A stretch of DNA of 64,000 bases. Origin: Thermoanaerobaculia bacterium (GTDB lineage: Bacteria; Acidobacteriota; Thermoanaerobaculia; UBA5066). Below are positions 41,428 through 51,664 of the stretch, in pieces. The notes beneath the pieces were generated by a model, which saw only the letters and a program-made list of their open reading frames with translations, made no database searches and was not told the origin of the DNA. A program made the position numbers and the translations under genes. Location: assembly GCA_963719225.1 (NCBI GenBank), contig CAVRAY010000001.1, forward strand, positions 1,536,001 through 1,600,000. The letters run 5' to 3'. How positions within the stretch are numbered: the stretch's first letter is position 1; each line of letters opens with the position of its first letter.

Positions 41428-43158
41428 ATGCGGCGCATGCGCTCGCGCTTCGCCGCCGGAGCCGTCTCGGCACTTTTCCTCGGACTCGCCGCCCTCCCGG
41501 CGCGGGCCTCCGCACCGTTCGGCGAGGCGACGGCCGCGCGCTCCAAAAAGGGCATGATCTCGGCGGCGACGCGGGAGTCCGTCGATGCGGGCGTCCGTGT
41601 CCTCGCCGCGGGAGGCGACGCCGTGGACGCGGCGATTGCCGCCGCCTTCGTCCTCGCGGTCACGTATCCGCAGGCCGGGAACCTCGCGGGCGGAGGATTC
41701 GCTGTCGTGCGGACGGCCGAGGGCGGCTTCTACGCGCTGGACTTCCGCGAAACCGCTCCGGCGGCGACCTGGCGAAACACGTATCTCGACTCGGGAGGGG
41801 CCTTCCGGCAGATGGCGTCCCGCTACGGCGGTCTCGCGGTGGCGACACCGGGGACGGTCCGTGGCCTCGAGACCCTGCACAGAAAATTCGGCCGCTTGCC
41901 GTGGAGACGGCTTCTCGCACCCGCGATCTCGCTCGCACGGGACGGGTATCGCGTCCCGCCCGGACTCGCCCGCCAGCTCGCCGAAGCGCCCGTCCGGCGC
42001 GTCCTCTCGCGCGATCCCGAAGCCGCGCGCCTCTTCTATCCGGGGGGGGAGCCCGTCGCCCCGGGAACGCTTCTCGTGCAACCGGACCTCGCGAGGACGC
42101 TCGAGGCGATCGCGTCGCGGGGGGCGGACGGATTCCACCGGGGAGAGGTCGCCCGCAGGGTTGCGGAGTTCGTCCGCGCGACCGGCGGAGTCCTGACGGA
42201 GGAGGACCTCGCCGCCTACGCGCCGACGTGGCGAGTGCCGTTCGCGTTCGACGACGGCCGCTTCCGACTCGTGACGATGCCCCCTCCCTCGGCGGGAGGC
42301 TTCCTCCTCGCGTCGATCCTCGGCCAGCTCCGCTTCGTGCGCGGGGACATCTCGTCGCGCGACTCCGTGGAGTCCATCCACCTGATCGCGGAAGCCGAGC
42401 GACGCGGGTTCGCCGACCGGAGCCGGTTTCTCGGGGACCCCGACTGCGTGGACGTGCCGCTCGCACGGCTCCTCGCGCCCGCCCGCCTCGCCGCGCTCGG
42501 CTTCTCGATCGACCCCGCGCGGGCCACGCCGTCCCGGGATGTGGCGGGCGGCGCGTGGCCCGGCGAGCGCGATCAGACGACGCACCTGTCGACCGCAACG
42601 GCGGACGGCGACGCCGTGGCGCTCACGTACACGTTGAACGACGCCTTCGGAAACGGCGCGATCGTGCCGGGTGTCGGAATCCTCCTCAACAACGAGATGG
42701 ACGACTTCGCGGCCGTGCCGGGGACCGCGAACATGTACGGCCTCGTCCAGGGCGAGGCGAACGCCGTGCGCGCGGGCGGGCGGCCCCTGTCCTCCATGAC
42801 GCCGACGATCGTCCTCGAGGACGGCCGGCCGCGCTTCGTCCTGGGCTCGCCGGGAGGCTCCACGATTCCGACGACGGTCCTGCAGGTCTTCCTGAACGCC
42901 GGCCCGCGAGGACAGCCTCTCGAGGAGGCGGTGGCTGCAGGGCGCTTCCATCACCAGCACCTGCCGGACCGTATCGAGGTGGAACGCGGAGAGTTTCCCG
43001 AACGCGTGAAAGCGGCGCTGCGCTCGAAAGGGCACGTGGTTTTCGAGCGCTCGCCGAAGAACCCGCTGGGAAGCGTCCACGCCATCGCCTTCGAAAAGGA
43101 CGGAACCCTCACCGGGGTGGCCGACCCGCGCGGCTACGGGGCCGCAGCCGGACCGTAG
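41428..43158 (+). CDS. ggt: Gamma-glutamyltransferase
   Basis: [23 protein letters not shown] (nucleophile Thr), [24 protein letters not shown]. Confidence 0.95.
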   Translation: MRRMRSRFAAGAVSALFLGLAALPARASAPFGEATAARSKKGMISAATRESVDAGVRVLAAGGDAVDAAIAAAFVLAVTYPQAGNLAGGGFAVVRTAEGGFYALDFRETAPAATWRNTYLDSGGAFRQMASRYGGLAVATPGTVRGLETLHRKFGRLPWRRLLAPAISLARDGYRVPPGLARQLAEAPVRRVLSRDPEAARLFYPGGEPVAPGTLLVQPDLARTLEAIASRGADGFHRGEVARRVAEFVRATGGVLTEEDLAAYAPTWRVPFAFDDGRFRLVTMPPPSAGGFLLASILGQLRFVRGDISSRDSVESIHLIAEAERRGFADRSRFLGDPDCVDVPLARLLAPARLAALGFSIDPARATPSRDVAGGAWPGERDQTTHLSTATADGDAVALTYTLNDAFGNGAIVPGVGILLNNEMDDFAAVPGTANMYGLVQGEANAVRAGGRPLSSMTPTIVLEDGRPRFVLGSPGGSTIPTTVLQVFLNAGPRGQPLEEAVAAGRFHHQHLPDRIEVERGEFPERVKAALRSKGHVVFERSPKNPLGSVHAIAFEKDGTLTGVADPRGYGAAAGP

Positions 43159-43224
43159 GGGCTTCGGTGTCGAGCACACTCCGTTGGCGGCGTGGGGCGC
43201 CGGGATGGTATCGTCCGCGCTCCT

Positions 43225-43301
<77 letters not shown>

Positions 43302-43315
43302 TCTCCTCACGCCTC

Positions 43316-43344
43316 GGCCCCGCTTCCCGCGCGGGGCCTTTTTC
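43316..43344 (+). terminator. Intrinsic terminator after tRNA-Pro
   Basis: GGCCCCGC-loop-GCGGGGCC followed by TTTTT. Confidence 0.85.
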
Positions 43345-43380
43345 ATTCGGCATCTGTCAGGGCCTAAGATCCCGGGCGCC

Positions 43381-44031
43381 ATGACGCGCAAGGAAATCGC
43401 CGGCACGCGGGGCGGCGCCGCCCGACGCCGGACCCCGTCCGCGCACGTGGCGACGAAGCGCAAGGCCAAACGCGCGCGGATCCTCGAGAGCGCCGTGCGC
43501 AGCTTCGCGGCGAAGGGGTTCTACGGGACTTCGATGGACGACATCGCCGAGGAGCTTCTCCTGACGCGCGGCAGTCTCTATTACTACTTCCGCGACAAGG
43601 AGGAGATCCTCGCGCTGTGCCACGAAACGGCGAACCAGGCGATGCTCGACGTCACTGGGCGCGTGCGTGCTTCCGCCCTGCCGCCCGACCAGGCGCTTCG
43701 CCGGATCGTGGTCGAGCACGCGCGCGTCATGGTGGACAAGTTCCACGGCACCGCGCTCGCGCTCCAGTTCGACGCGCTCGACGCACGGCGGCGCGCCGCC
43801 GTCGTGAGCGTCCGGGACGCGTACGAAGCGAGCCTGCGCGACGTGATCGCCGAAGGTGTGGCGAAGAAGATCTTCCGTCCGGTCGACCCGAAGATCACCG
43901 CGTTCGCGATCCTCGGCGCCCTGAACTGGATGGCGCGCTGGTACCGCGCGGGAGGCGGAGCGTCGGCGGACGAGATCGGAGACGCGTTCGCGTCCCTCTT
44001 CCTCGAAGGGCTGGGCCCTACCGGTCGATGA
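43381..44031 (+). CDS. TetR/AcrR family regulator (KstR2-like C-terminus)
   Basis: [25 protein letters not shown]...[14 protein letters not shown]; [12 protein letters not shown]. Confidence 0.92.
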   Translation: MTRKEIAGTRGGAARRRTPSAHVATKRKAKRARILESAVRSFAAKGFYGTSMDDIAEELLLTRGSLYYYFRDKEEILALCHETANQAMLDVTGRVRASALPPDQALRRIVVEHARVMVDKFHGTALALQFDALDARRRAAVVSVRDAYEASLRDVIAEGVAKKIFRPVDPKITAFAILGALNWMARWYRAGGGASADEIGDAFASLFLEGLGPTGR

Positions 44032-44848
44032 TCTCGAGGATGCCGACCAGCGTCTCCGGGCGGTCCGGCGCGCCGGGGGTCCTGACGAGGACGGAGTAGG
44101 AGCCTGCGGGCGGCACGCCCGGCGGCAGGCGCACCGAGACGTCGCCCTCGTCGATCCCCTTCGAAGGGAACACCGCGGATTCCCAGGCGACGTCCTTCCC
44201 GGCCGAGAGGACGACCGAGAACGACGTGCTCTCCCGGCCCACGAGCGCGCGTGGAAAGCTCAGGAGGATCGCGCCGCCGGCCGCCCGCTTGAGGCTCGCG
44301 ATCGCCGGACCGACTCCGTGCTCGGTGCCGAGCACGACCGATTGTGCGATGGGAGCCGCGCCCGCCTGCGCGGCCGGACCGGCCGCCGGACCCGGGCTCG
44401 CGGCGAGCTCCAGCCGCGCACGCGAAAGGTCGCTCTTGAGGCGTAGCGCCGAGAGAACCGCCGCGACGAGCAGGAGGGCGAGGAGAGAGAACGCCACGGC
44501 GACACCCGTGCGGCCCGGGAAGAGCCGCGCGTCGGCGGCGGAGGACGTTCCGGGACGCGAAGGAAAAAGGGAGGGCGAGCCCACTTTCAGGCGGAGCCGG
44601 CTCGTGGTCTCGACCCGCTCGCGGTAGTACGGCGTTCCGAGAAGCGACTGTTCGAAGAGGCGCCTCTCGCCGTCGCTCAGGTGTCCGAGGACGTAGTCGG
44701 ACACGAGCGCATCCTCCTCGGCCTCGATTCGGTCCAGCAGCGTGTCGTCGCGAAAATAGGCCTCTTCGAAGCGTCCGCGTGCCGTGTCCGTCATGCGGCG
44801 AAGGAGGTAGTCACGGATCTCCGAGGACCCGGGCGACGAAGCGCTCAC
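44018..44848 (-). CDS. Putative membrane anti-sigma factor
   Basis: Repeated DYLL..M/DYVLG.LS..ERRLFE N-terminal motif; single TM segment; coupled to the ECF sigma gene. Confidence 0.65.
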   Translation of the reverse strand: MSASSPGSSEIRDYLLRRMTDTARGRFEEAYFRDDTLLDRIEAEEDALVSDYVLGHLSDGERRLFEQSLLGTPYYRERVETTSRLRLKVGSPSLFPSRPGTSSAADARLFPGRTGVAVAFSLLALLLVAAVLSALRLKSDLSRARLELAASPGPAAGPAAQAGAAPIAQSVVLGTEHGVGPAIASLKRAAGGAILLSFPRALVGRESTSFSVVLSAGKDVAWESAVFPSKGIDEGDVSVRLPPGVPPAGSYSVLVRTPGAPDRPETLVGILEIIDR

Positions 44849-45408
44849 GAAGGGAGATCCGGATCCGGCGGGAGAGCTCCGCTCCCCCGCGCCGCCCTTT
44901 CGCTGTCCATGCGCTTCTTCAGCTCGCGCTTCGCCCGATAGACCCGCATGTCGATGGCGTCGGTGGAGATCCCCTCCTCGCGCGCGATCGTGCGCGACGG
45001 CACCTCTTCCACGAACCGCTTGACGAGGAGGCTCTTCATGCGCTCGGGCAGGAGTTCCAGCGCCTTGCGAAAGATGATCGCCTGGCTCGACGCGAGCGCA
45101 TCCGTCAGGGGATCCTCGACGCCGGCCAGGTCCACGGCGCCGGAGAGGCCGTCGTGGGCGTGAGCTTTCGCGACGCGGCGGCAGTACTCGAAGAAGACGT
45201 TCTTCGCGACGCCCAGCGAGAACGCTTCCGGCGAGTCCAGGAGCTCGCCGCGCGAGAGCCGTTGCAGGACGCGCAGCAGCGTCTCCTGCGCGAGGTCCCG
45301 TGCGTCGTCCTCCGTGCGCACGCCGCGCGAAAGGAAGAAGCGCCGCAGCTTCTCCGGCAGACGGCCGATCTCGGCCTCGAACGGATCGAAGACGCGCGAA
45401 GGGCTCAC
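44845..45408 (-). CDS. ECF sigma-70 factor
   Basis: DARDLAQETLLRV; ALELLPER; IAREEGISTDAIDMRVYRAK. Confidence 0.9.
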   Translation of the reverse strand: MSPSRVFDPFEAEIGRLPEKLRRFFLSRGVRTEDDARDLAQETLLRVLQRLSRGELLDSPEAFSLGVAKNVFFEYCRRVAKAHAHDGLSGAVDLAGVEDPLTDALASSQAIIFRKALELLPERMKSLLVKRFVEEVPSRTIAREEGISTDAIDMRVYRAKRELKKRMDSERAARGSGALPPDPDLPS

Positions 45409-45500
45409 GTGGACACCCGTCCGCGAAGTTCGCAGCTCATCGGAGGAATTCTAGCCCTCGAAACGCCGGCGACTCGCGCTTTCGCCTCGAAAGAAAAAGC

Positions 45501-45553
45501 TTGACGCGCGGCGATAATGAATGAATATTCGCACCTGTGAATAGTCATGCGAC
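45501..45553 (+). promoter_or_regulatory. arg operon promoter with two tandem ARG boxes
   Basis: TTGACG at 45501; AATGAATGAATATTCGCA (45516-33) and TGTGAATAGTCATGCGAC (45536-53) resemble the TGAAT-N4-ATTCA ArgR consensus and are 2 bp apart. Confidence 0.75.
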
Positions 45554-46037
45554 AACCCTGAAGAGGCGCGACGAGATCCTGAAGGTCATTCGGGACGGCG
45601 CCGTGCACTCGCAGGAGGAGCTCCAGCACCGCCTCCAGCGGCGCGGGATCGACGTGGCGCAGCCAACCCTCTCGAGGGACCTCAAGGACCTCGGGCTCGC
45701 GAAGTCGGCCGCCGGCTACGTCGTGCCCGGGGCGGAGGCGTCGGCCTCCGACGGCGAGGTGAGGGCCCGCCGCGAAGAGCGCCTCGAGCGCGCGCTCCGC
45801 GAGTGGGTCCTCGATGTCGCCGCGGCGGGGAACCTCGTCGTCCTCAAGACACCTCCGGCCGCCGCCCATCCGGTCGCGCGCGCTCTCGACGAGGCTTCCC
45901 TCGAAGGCGCGGTGGGCTCGATCGCCGGCGACGACACGATCTTCCTCGCGGCGGCCTCGGACGCCGTCGCGCAGCGGCTCGCCCGGCGACTCGCCTCCGG
46001 CCTCCTGCCGGGCCGCCCCCGGCGGGCACGCGGGTGA
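45537..46037 (+). CDS. argR: Arginine repressor
   Basis: SQEEL, QPTLSRDLKDLG, VVLKTPP, GSIAGDDTIF. Confidence 0.95.
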   Translation: MNSHATTLKRRDEILKVIRDGAVHSQEELQHRLQRRGIDVAQPTLSRDLKDLGLAKSAAGYVVPGAEASASDGEVRARREERLERALREWVLDVAAAGNLVVLKTPPAAAHPVARALDEASLEGAVGSIAGDDTIFLAAASDAVAQRLARRLASGLLPGRPRRARG

Positions 46038-47059
46038 CGCGCGCCGCGGTCGTGGGGGCCACGGGCTACTCGGGGGCGGAGCTGTGCGCGATCCTCGCCC
46101 GCCATCCCCACGCCGAGATCGTCTCCGTGTTCTCCTCGGGCAGGAAGGACTCCCGCCCGATCCCTTTCGGGCGCCTTCATCCGCTGCTCGGGGGAAAGGC
46201 GGGGCCGGATGCCGAGCCGTTCTCCGAGAAGAGCCTCGAAGCGTCGCGGCCGGACGTGGTTTTCCTCGCGACGCCGAACGAGACGTCCGCCGAGCTCGCC
46301 CCGGGGATTCTCGAGCGCGGCGCGAAGGTCGTCGACATTTCGGGAGCGTTCCGCCTGCGCGACGCTTCCGCCTATCCGAAATGGTACGGGTTCGAGCATC
46401 CCGCCCCCGGGCTTCTCGAGGAGGCGGTCTACGGCCTCACGGAGTGGTGCGGCGAGGAGCTCTCCGGCGCGCGCCTCGTCGCGAATCCCGGCTGCTATCC
46501 CACGTCCGTCCTCCTCGCCCTCAAGCCCGTGCTGGAGCTCCTCGCGAAAGGACAGCCCCTCGTCTGCGACAGCGTGAGCGGCGTCTCGGGTGCGGGGAAG
46601 AAGAGCGAAGTCGCCTACTCGTTCTCGGAGCTCGACGGCAACTTCAAGGCGTACGGGGTCGGCGTGCACCGGCACGAACCGGAGATGAGACAGAGCCTGG
46701 GGTTTCCGCCGGACGCGCCCTTCGTCTTCGTGCCTCACCTCCTGCCGGTCGTGCGCGGCCTCCTCTCGACGCTTCACGTCTCCTTCGCGGAGCCTCAGAC
46801 CCCCGCGACCCTCGCCGCCGCCTATGCGAAGGCATACGCGACGACTCCGTTCGTGCGCGTCCGGACGGCGGGCGAGCTGCCCGAGCTGCGCGACGTCGTG
46901 GGGACGCCGCGCGCGGAGATCGGCTTCGCCGTGCTGCCGGGAGGCCGTCGCGGCGTTCTCGTCTCTGCTCTCGATAATCTCCTCAAAGGTGCTGCTTCCT
47001 CGGCGGTCCAGAACATGAACCGGATCTGCGGGCATCCCGAGACGGAGGGCCTCCAGTGA
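46034..47059 (+). CDS. argC: N-acetyl-gamma-glutamyl-phosphate reductase
   Basis: GATGYSG, VANPGCYPT, SGVSGAG, HRHEPE, LDNLLKGA. Confidence 0.96.
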   Translation: MTRAAVVGATGYSGAELCAILARHPHAEIVSVFSSGRKDSRPIPFGRLHPLLGGKAGPDAEPFSEKSLEASRPDVVFLATPNETSAELAPGILERGAKVVDISGAFRLRDASAYPKWYGFEHPAPGLLEEAVYGLTEWCGEELSGARLVANPGCYPTSVLLALKPVLELLAKGQPLVCDSVSGVSGAGKKSEVAYSFSELDGNFKAYGVGVHRHEPEMRQSLGFPPDAPFVFVPHLLPVVRGLLSTLHVSFAEPQTPATLAAAYAKAYATTPFVRVRTAGELPELRDVVGTPRAEIGFAVLPGGRRGVLVSALDNLLKGAASSAVQNMNRICGHPETEGLQ

Positions 47060-47859
47060 GCGCCACGCACGTCGGGCGTCCGACCGTCGTCAAGCTCGGA
47101 GGGAGCCTTCTGGAGGATCCCGCGCTGCGCGCGCGCGCGCTCGCCGCCATCGCGGCCCGCTGGACCTCGGGCTCGCGCATCGTGGTCGTGCACGGCGGCG
47201 GCAAGCGGATCGACGCGTCGCTTCAGGCGCTCAAGATCCCGAAGAAGACCTATCGCGGCCTGCGCATCACGGATCCCGAGACGCTCGACGTCGTCGTCTC
47301 GATCCTCTCGGGCCTCGTGAACAAGTCGCTCGTGGCCGAGTTCCGGTCGCTCGGGATCACGGCGGCGGGGCTCTCGGGCGCCGACGGCGACACGCTGTGG
47401 GCCGAGTTCCATCCCCGCCTCGACGGCGTGGACTTCGGCTTCGTCGGCCGCGTCACGTTCTCGAACCCGAAGCTGATCACCGCGATTCTCGGCGCCGACC
47501 TGCTGCCCATCGTGGCCTCCGTCGCCCTGGGGCGCGAGGGCACGCTCCTCAACGTGAACGCCGACTCGGCCGCGTCCGCGCTCGCGGCCGGCCTGGGGGC
47601 CGAGAAGCTCGTCTTCCTCACGGACGTCGAAGGCCTGCTCGACGCCGAGGGCAAGCTCGTGCCGCAGCTCGACCCCGACTCGGCCTGGGCGCTCCTCTCC
47701 TCCGGCGCCGTGGCCGGAGGAATGCGCCCGAAGCTCGTCGCCTGCCTCGAAGCCGTGAAGGCGGGCGTCTCGCAGGTCGTCATCGCAGGACCGAACGGCC
47801 ACGCCTCGGCGCTGACCGACGGCATCGGAGGAACCCGCCTTGCAGCAGTCGCAGCCTGA
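47056..47859 (+). CDS. argB: Acetylglutamate kinase
   Basis: VVKLGG, VVHGGG, GLRITD, NVNADSAA, TDVEG, GGMRPK. Confidence 0.95.
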   Translation: MSATHVGRPTVVKLGGSLLEDPALRARALAAIAARWTSGSRIVVVHGGGKRIDASLQALKIPKKTYRGLRITDPETLDVVVSILSGLVNKSLVAEFRSLGITAAGLSGADGDTLWAEFHPRLDGVDFGFVGRVTFSNPKLITAILGADLLPIVASVALGREGTLLNVNADSAASALAAGLGAEKLVFLTDVEGLLDAEGKLVPQLDPDSAWALLSSGAVAGGMRPKLVACLEAVKAGVSQVVIAGPNGHASALTDGIGGTRLAAVAA

Positions 47860-49054
47860 ATCCCCGTCGCTCGTCGAGAAGCGGGACGCCGAGAACATCC
47901 TCGGCACCTACAAACGCACGTCCTTCCACCCGCGCGCGGGAAAGGGCGCGAAGCTCGTGGATGCGGACGGAAAGGTCTACTGGGACCTCCTCGCCGGCAT
48001 CGCCGTGAACGCGCTCGGCCACCGGCATCCGCGCCTCGTGAAGGCGCTTCGCGAGGAGGCGAACCGCCTTCTCCACGTCTCGAATCTCTTCTACCACCCG
48101 GCGCAGGGCCTCCTCGCCGAGCGCCTCACGCAGCTTTCGGGGATGCCACGCGTCTTCTTCTGCAACAGCGGTACCGAAGCGGTCGAGGCCGCGGTGAAGT
48201 TCACGCGCCTCGCCGCGCCCGGGCGAAGCCGGATGCTCGCCGTCGAGGGCGGCTTCCACGGGCGCACGATGGGAGCGCTCGCGCTCACGGGCAACGAGGC
48301 GTACCGGAAGCCCTTCGAGCCGCTCGTCGGCGAGACGGTCTTCCTTCCCGCGAACGACGTCGCCGCGCTCCAGAACGCGGCCACGCCGGACACGGCCGCC
48401 ATCTTCCTGGAGCCGATCCTGGGCGAAGGGGGCATCGTCCCGCTGACGACGGAGTACGCTCAGGCGGCACGCGCCGCGGCGGACCGCGTGGGCGCGGCGC
48501 TCGTCTTCGACGAGATCCAGTCGGGCCTCGGGCGCACGGGCCACCTCTTCGTCTTCCAGGAGATGGGCGTCAAGCCCGATCTCGTGACGCTCGCGAAGCC
48601 GCTCGGAGGCGGCCTTCCGCTCGGAGCCGTTCTCGTGGGCGAGCGGATCGCCCCTCTCGTCAAGCCTTCCCACCACGGGACCACGTTCGGGGGAAACCCG
48701 ATCGCGTGCCGCCTCGGCCTCGAGACACTCTCCGAGATCGTGGACGGCGGCCTCCTCGAGGGGATCAGGGTGACGGGGGAGTGGTTCGGGAAGAAGCTCC
48801 GGAACGCGAAGAAGCGCAGCAAGGGCGCCATCGTGGACGTCCGCGGCCGCGGCCTCATGTGGGGCGTGGAGCTGGACCGCGACGCGGCCGAAGTTCAGAA
48901 GGCCCTTCTCCAGAGGGGCTTCGTCGTCGGGACGTCGCGGACGAAAGTGCTGCGCCTCCTGCCTCCGTACGTCGTTCCCCGCCCGGCCCTGTCCGGATTC
49001 ATCAAGGCGCTCGAGGAGATCCTCCGCGAGCCGCCGAAGGAGAAGGTCCCGTGA
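47840..49054 (+). CDS. argD: Acetylornithine aminotransferase
   Basis: GIAVNALGH, HVSNLF, NSGTEAVE, FHGRT, DEIQSGLGRTG, LAKPLGGG. Confidence 0.93.
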   Translation: MQQSQPESPSLVEKRDAENILGTYKRTSFHPRAGKGAKLVDADGKVYWDLLAGIAVNALGHRHPRLVKALREEANRLLHVSNLFYHPAQGLLAERLTQLSGMPRVFFCNSGTEAVEAAVKFTRLAAPGRSRMLAVEGGFHGRTMGALALTGNEAYRKPFEPLVGETVFLPANDVAALQNAATPDTAAIFLEPILGEGGIVPLTTEYAQAARAAADRVGAALVFDEIQSGLGRTGHLFVFQEMGVKPDLVTLAKPLGGGLPLGAVLVGERIAPLVKPSHHGTTFGGNPIACRLGLETLSEIVDGGLLEGIRVTGEWFGKKLRNAKKRSKGAIVDVRGRGLMWGVELDRDAAEVQKALLQRGFVVGTSRTKVLRLLPPYVVPRPALSGFIKALEEILREPPKEKVP

Positions 49055-50286
49055 AGCCCAAGGTCAAGAAAGTCGCGCTCGCCTATTCCGGCGGGCTCGA
49101 CACGTCCGTCATCATTCCCTGGCTCAAGGAGAACTACGGCTGCGAGGTCGTGGCCGTCGCCGTCGACGTGGGCCAGGCCGAGGAGACCTCCGGCCTCGCG
49201 GAGAAGGCGAAGAAGACCGGCGCCGCCGAGTTCTTCCTCGTCGATGCGAAGGACGAGTTCGCGAAGGACTACCTGTTCCCGGTTCTCAAGGCGGGCGCCG
49301 CGTACGAGCACGACTATCTGCTCGGCACGGCGACGGCGCGCCCGCTCATCGCGAAGAAGCAGGTCGAGATCGCGCTCGCGACGGGCTGCGACGCCCTCTC
49401 GCACGGCTGCACCGGGAAAGGCAACGATCAGGTCCGGTTCGAGCTCGCGTACATGGCGCTCGCGCCCGAGCTCGCGATCATCGCGCCGTGGCGCGAGTGG
49501 GAGATCACGTCGCGCGAGGATGCGATCGACTATGCCGCGGCCCGGGGCATTCCGGTCTCGGCCACGAAGAAAGACTCCTATTCGCGGGACCGCAACCTCT
49601 GGCATCTCTCGCACGAGGGGGGCCCTCTCGAGGAGCCCGGCTTCGAGCCCGAGCCCTCGATGTTCAAGCTCACGGTCGATCCCGAGATCGCGCCGAACGT
49701 ACCCGAGCGCGTCACGATCTCCTTCGAGGCCGGCCTGCCCGTGGCGGTGAACGGCCAGAGGCTCGCGCCCGTCCCGCTCATCCAGAAGCTCAACGAGATG
49801 GGCGGCCGGCACGGCGTCGGGCGCGTGGACATCGTCGAGAACCGGCTGATCGGCATCAAGTCGCGCGGCGTCTACGAGACGCCGGGCGGCACGCTGCTGG
49901 TCCAGGCCCTCCGGGCGCTCGAAACCCTCACGCTCGACCGCGACAGCGTGCACGAGAAGGAGAAGCTCGCGGCCCGCTACGCCGAGCTCGTGTACTTCGG
50001 GCAATGGTTCTCGCCCCTGAGGGAAGCGCTCGACGCATTCATGAACGCCCTCATGCCGACCGTGACGGGCGACGTCACGCTCAAGCTCTACAAGGGCTCC
50101 TCGTCGGTCGTGGGCCGCACGTCGCCGCACGCGCTCTATTCGGCGCACCTCGCCTCGTTCGACATGCGCGGCTTCACGCCGGCCGACGCCGCCGGCTTCA
50201 TCCGCCTGTTCGGCTTGCCCACGAAGGGGCGACTCCGCCTGAAGGCCGGAACGACGTATCAGGCCGTCGTCTCCGGGGAAGGGTGA
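49051..50286 (+). CDS. argG: Argininosuccinate synthase
   Basis: LAYSGGLDTS, HGCTGKGNDQVRFE, ENRLIGIKSRGVYETPG. Confidence 0.97.
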   Translation: MKPKVKKVALAYSGGLDTSVIIPWLKENYGCEVVAVAVDVGQAEETSGLAEKAKKTGAAEFFLVDAKDEFAKDYLFPVLKAGAAYEHDYLLGTATARPLIAKKQVEIALATGCDALSHGCTGKGNDQVRFELAYMALAPELAIIAPWREWEITSREDAIDYAAARGIPVSATKKDSYSRDRNLWHLSHEGGPLEEPGFEPEPSMFKLTVDPEIAPNVPERVTISFEAGLPVAVNGQRLAPVPLIQKLNEMGGRHGVGRVDIVENRLIGIKSRGVYETPGGTLLVQALRALETLTLDRDSVHEKEKLAARYAELVYFGQWFSPLREALDAFMNALMPTVTGDVTLKLYKGSSSVVGRTSPHALYSAHLASFDMRGFTPADAAGFIRLFGLPTKGRLRLKAGTTYQAVVSGEG

Positions 50287-50290
50287 GGCG

Positions 50291-51664
50291 TTGACGCGGC
50301 GCCAGCTCTGGGGGGGTCGGTTCTCCGAGCCTCCCGCCATGGTCCTCCGGGCCTTCAACGATTCGTTCGGCTTCGATCAGGCGCTCCTCGCGGAGGACGT
50401 CCGCGGCTCGATCGCCTGGGCGGAGGCGCTTGGAAGGGCGGGCGTCCTCTCGCCGGTCGACGTCAAGAAGCTCGTCGCCGGACTCGAGGAGATCGGCGCC
50501 GAGGTGTCTCGGACGGGCGTGCCTTCGGACGCGGACGACGAGGACGTGCATTCCTTCGTGGAGGCGCGCCTCGCGGCGAAGGTCGGCCCGCTCGCGGGAA
50601 AGCTCCACACGGGCCGCTCGCGGAACGACCAGGTCGCGACCGACTTCCGCCTCTACCTGAAGGAGGCCCTCGTCGAGGGAGCGGCGTCCGCGCGCGCCTT
50701 CGCGCTCGCGCTCGCGCGCCGCGCGGAAGCGGAGGCCTCCTCTCCGATGCCGGGCTACACGCACCTGAAGCGCGCCGAGCCCGTCACGTTCGGGCACTGG
50801 TGCCTCGCCTACGTCGAGATGCTGCGGCGCGACGCGAGCCGGTTCGACGCCGCCGCCTCCCGCGCCGACGAATGCCCGCTCGGCTCGGGCGCCCTGTCGG
50901 GCACGCCGCTGCCGATCGACCGCGAGGCTCTCGCGCGGAATCTCGGGTTCCTCAGGCCCACCGCGAACTCGCTCGACGCCGTCTCCGACCGCGATGCCGC
51001 CGCCGAATACCTCTTCGCTTCGGCGCTCCTCCTGGTCCATCTCTCGCGCCTCGGGGAGGACCTCATCGCGTTCACTTCCGACGAGTTCGGCTTCGCGTCG
51101 CTGCCCGACGCCCTCGCCACGGGCTCGTCGCGGATGCCGCAGAAGAAGAACCCCGACGTCCTCGAGCTTGCGCGGGGGCACGCCGGGCGCGCGATCGGCG
51201 ACCTGACCGGCCTGCTCGCGGTGCTCAAGGGGCTGCCGCTCGCGTACGACAAGGACCTCCAGCTCGACAAGGAGCCGGTCTTCCGCGTGCGCGGCGTCCT
51301 CGCGGCCGCCCTGCCGGCGTTGACGGGCGTCGTCGAGGGGCTTCGGCTCGACCGCGAGAGGATGGCCGAGGCGGCTTCGGACGACCGGCTCCTCGCCACG
51401 GAGCTCGCCGACGCGCTCGCGAAGCGGGGGATGCCGTTCCGCGAGGCGCACGAGCTCGTCGGCCGCCGCATCGCGGAGGCCGAGTCGCTCGGCACGACGC
51501 TCGCGGCCCTCGGCCCCTCGAAGGAGATCACGGCCCAGGACCTTCAGGCGCTCGACGTGCGGCGGGCGCTCGCGAAGCGGGACGTCACGGGGGGCACCGC
51601 GCCGAAGCAGGTGGCGCGCGCGGCGAAGGCCGCGGTCCGGCGTCTCGCGGGAGGCGCGGGATGA
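50291..51664 (+). CDS. argH: Argininosuccinate lyase
   Basis: LWGGRF, LHTGRSRNDQV, MPGYTHL, GSSRMPQKKNPD, LPLAYDKDLQ. Confidence 0.96.
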   Translation: MTRRQLWGGRFSEPPAMVLRAFNDSFGFDQALLAEDVRGSIAWAEALGRAGVLSPVDVKKLVAGLEEIGAEVSRTGVPSDADDEDVHSFVEARLAAKVGPLAGKLHTGRSRNDQVATDFRLYLKEALVEGAASARAFALALARRAEAEASSPMPGYTHLKRAEPVTFGHWCLAYVEMLRRDASRFDAAASRADECPLGSGALSGTPLPIDREALARNLGFLRPTANSLDAVSDRDAAAEYLFASALLLVHLSRLGEDLIAFTSDEFGFASLPDALATGSSRMPQKKNPDVLELARGHAGRAIGDLTGLLAVLKGLPLAYDKDLQLDKEPVFRVRGVLAAALPALTGVVEGLRLDRERMAEAASDDRLLATELADALAKRGMPFREAHELVGRRIAEAESLGTTLAALGPSKEITAQDLQALDVRRALAKRDVTGGTAPKQVARAAKAAVRRLAGGAG

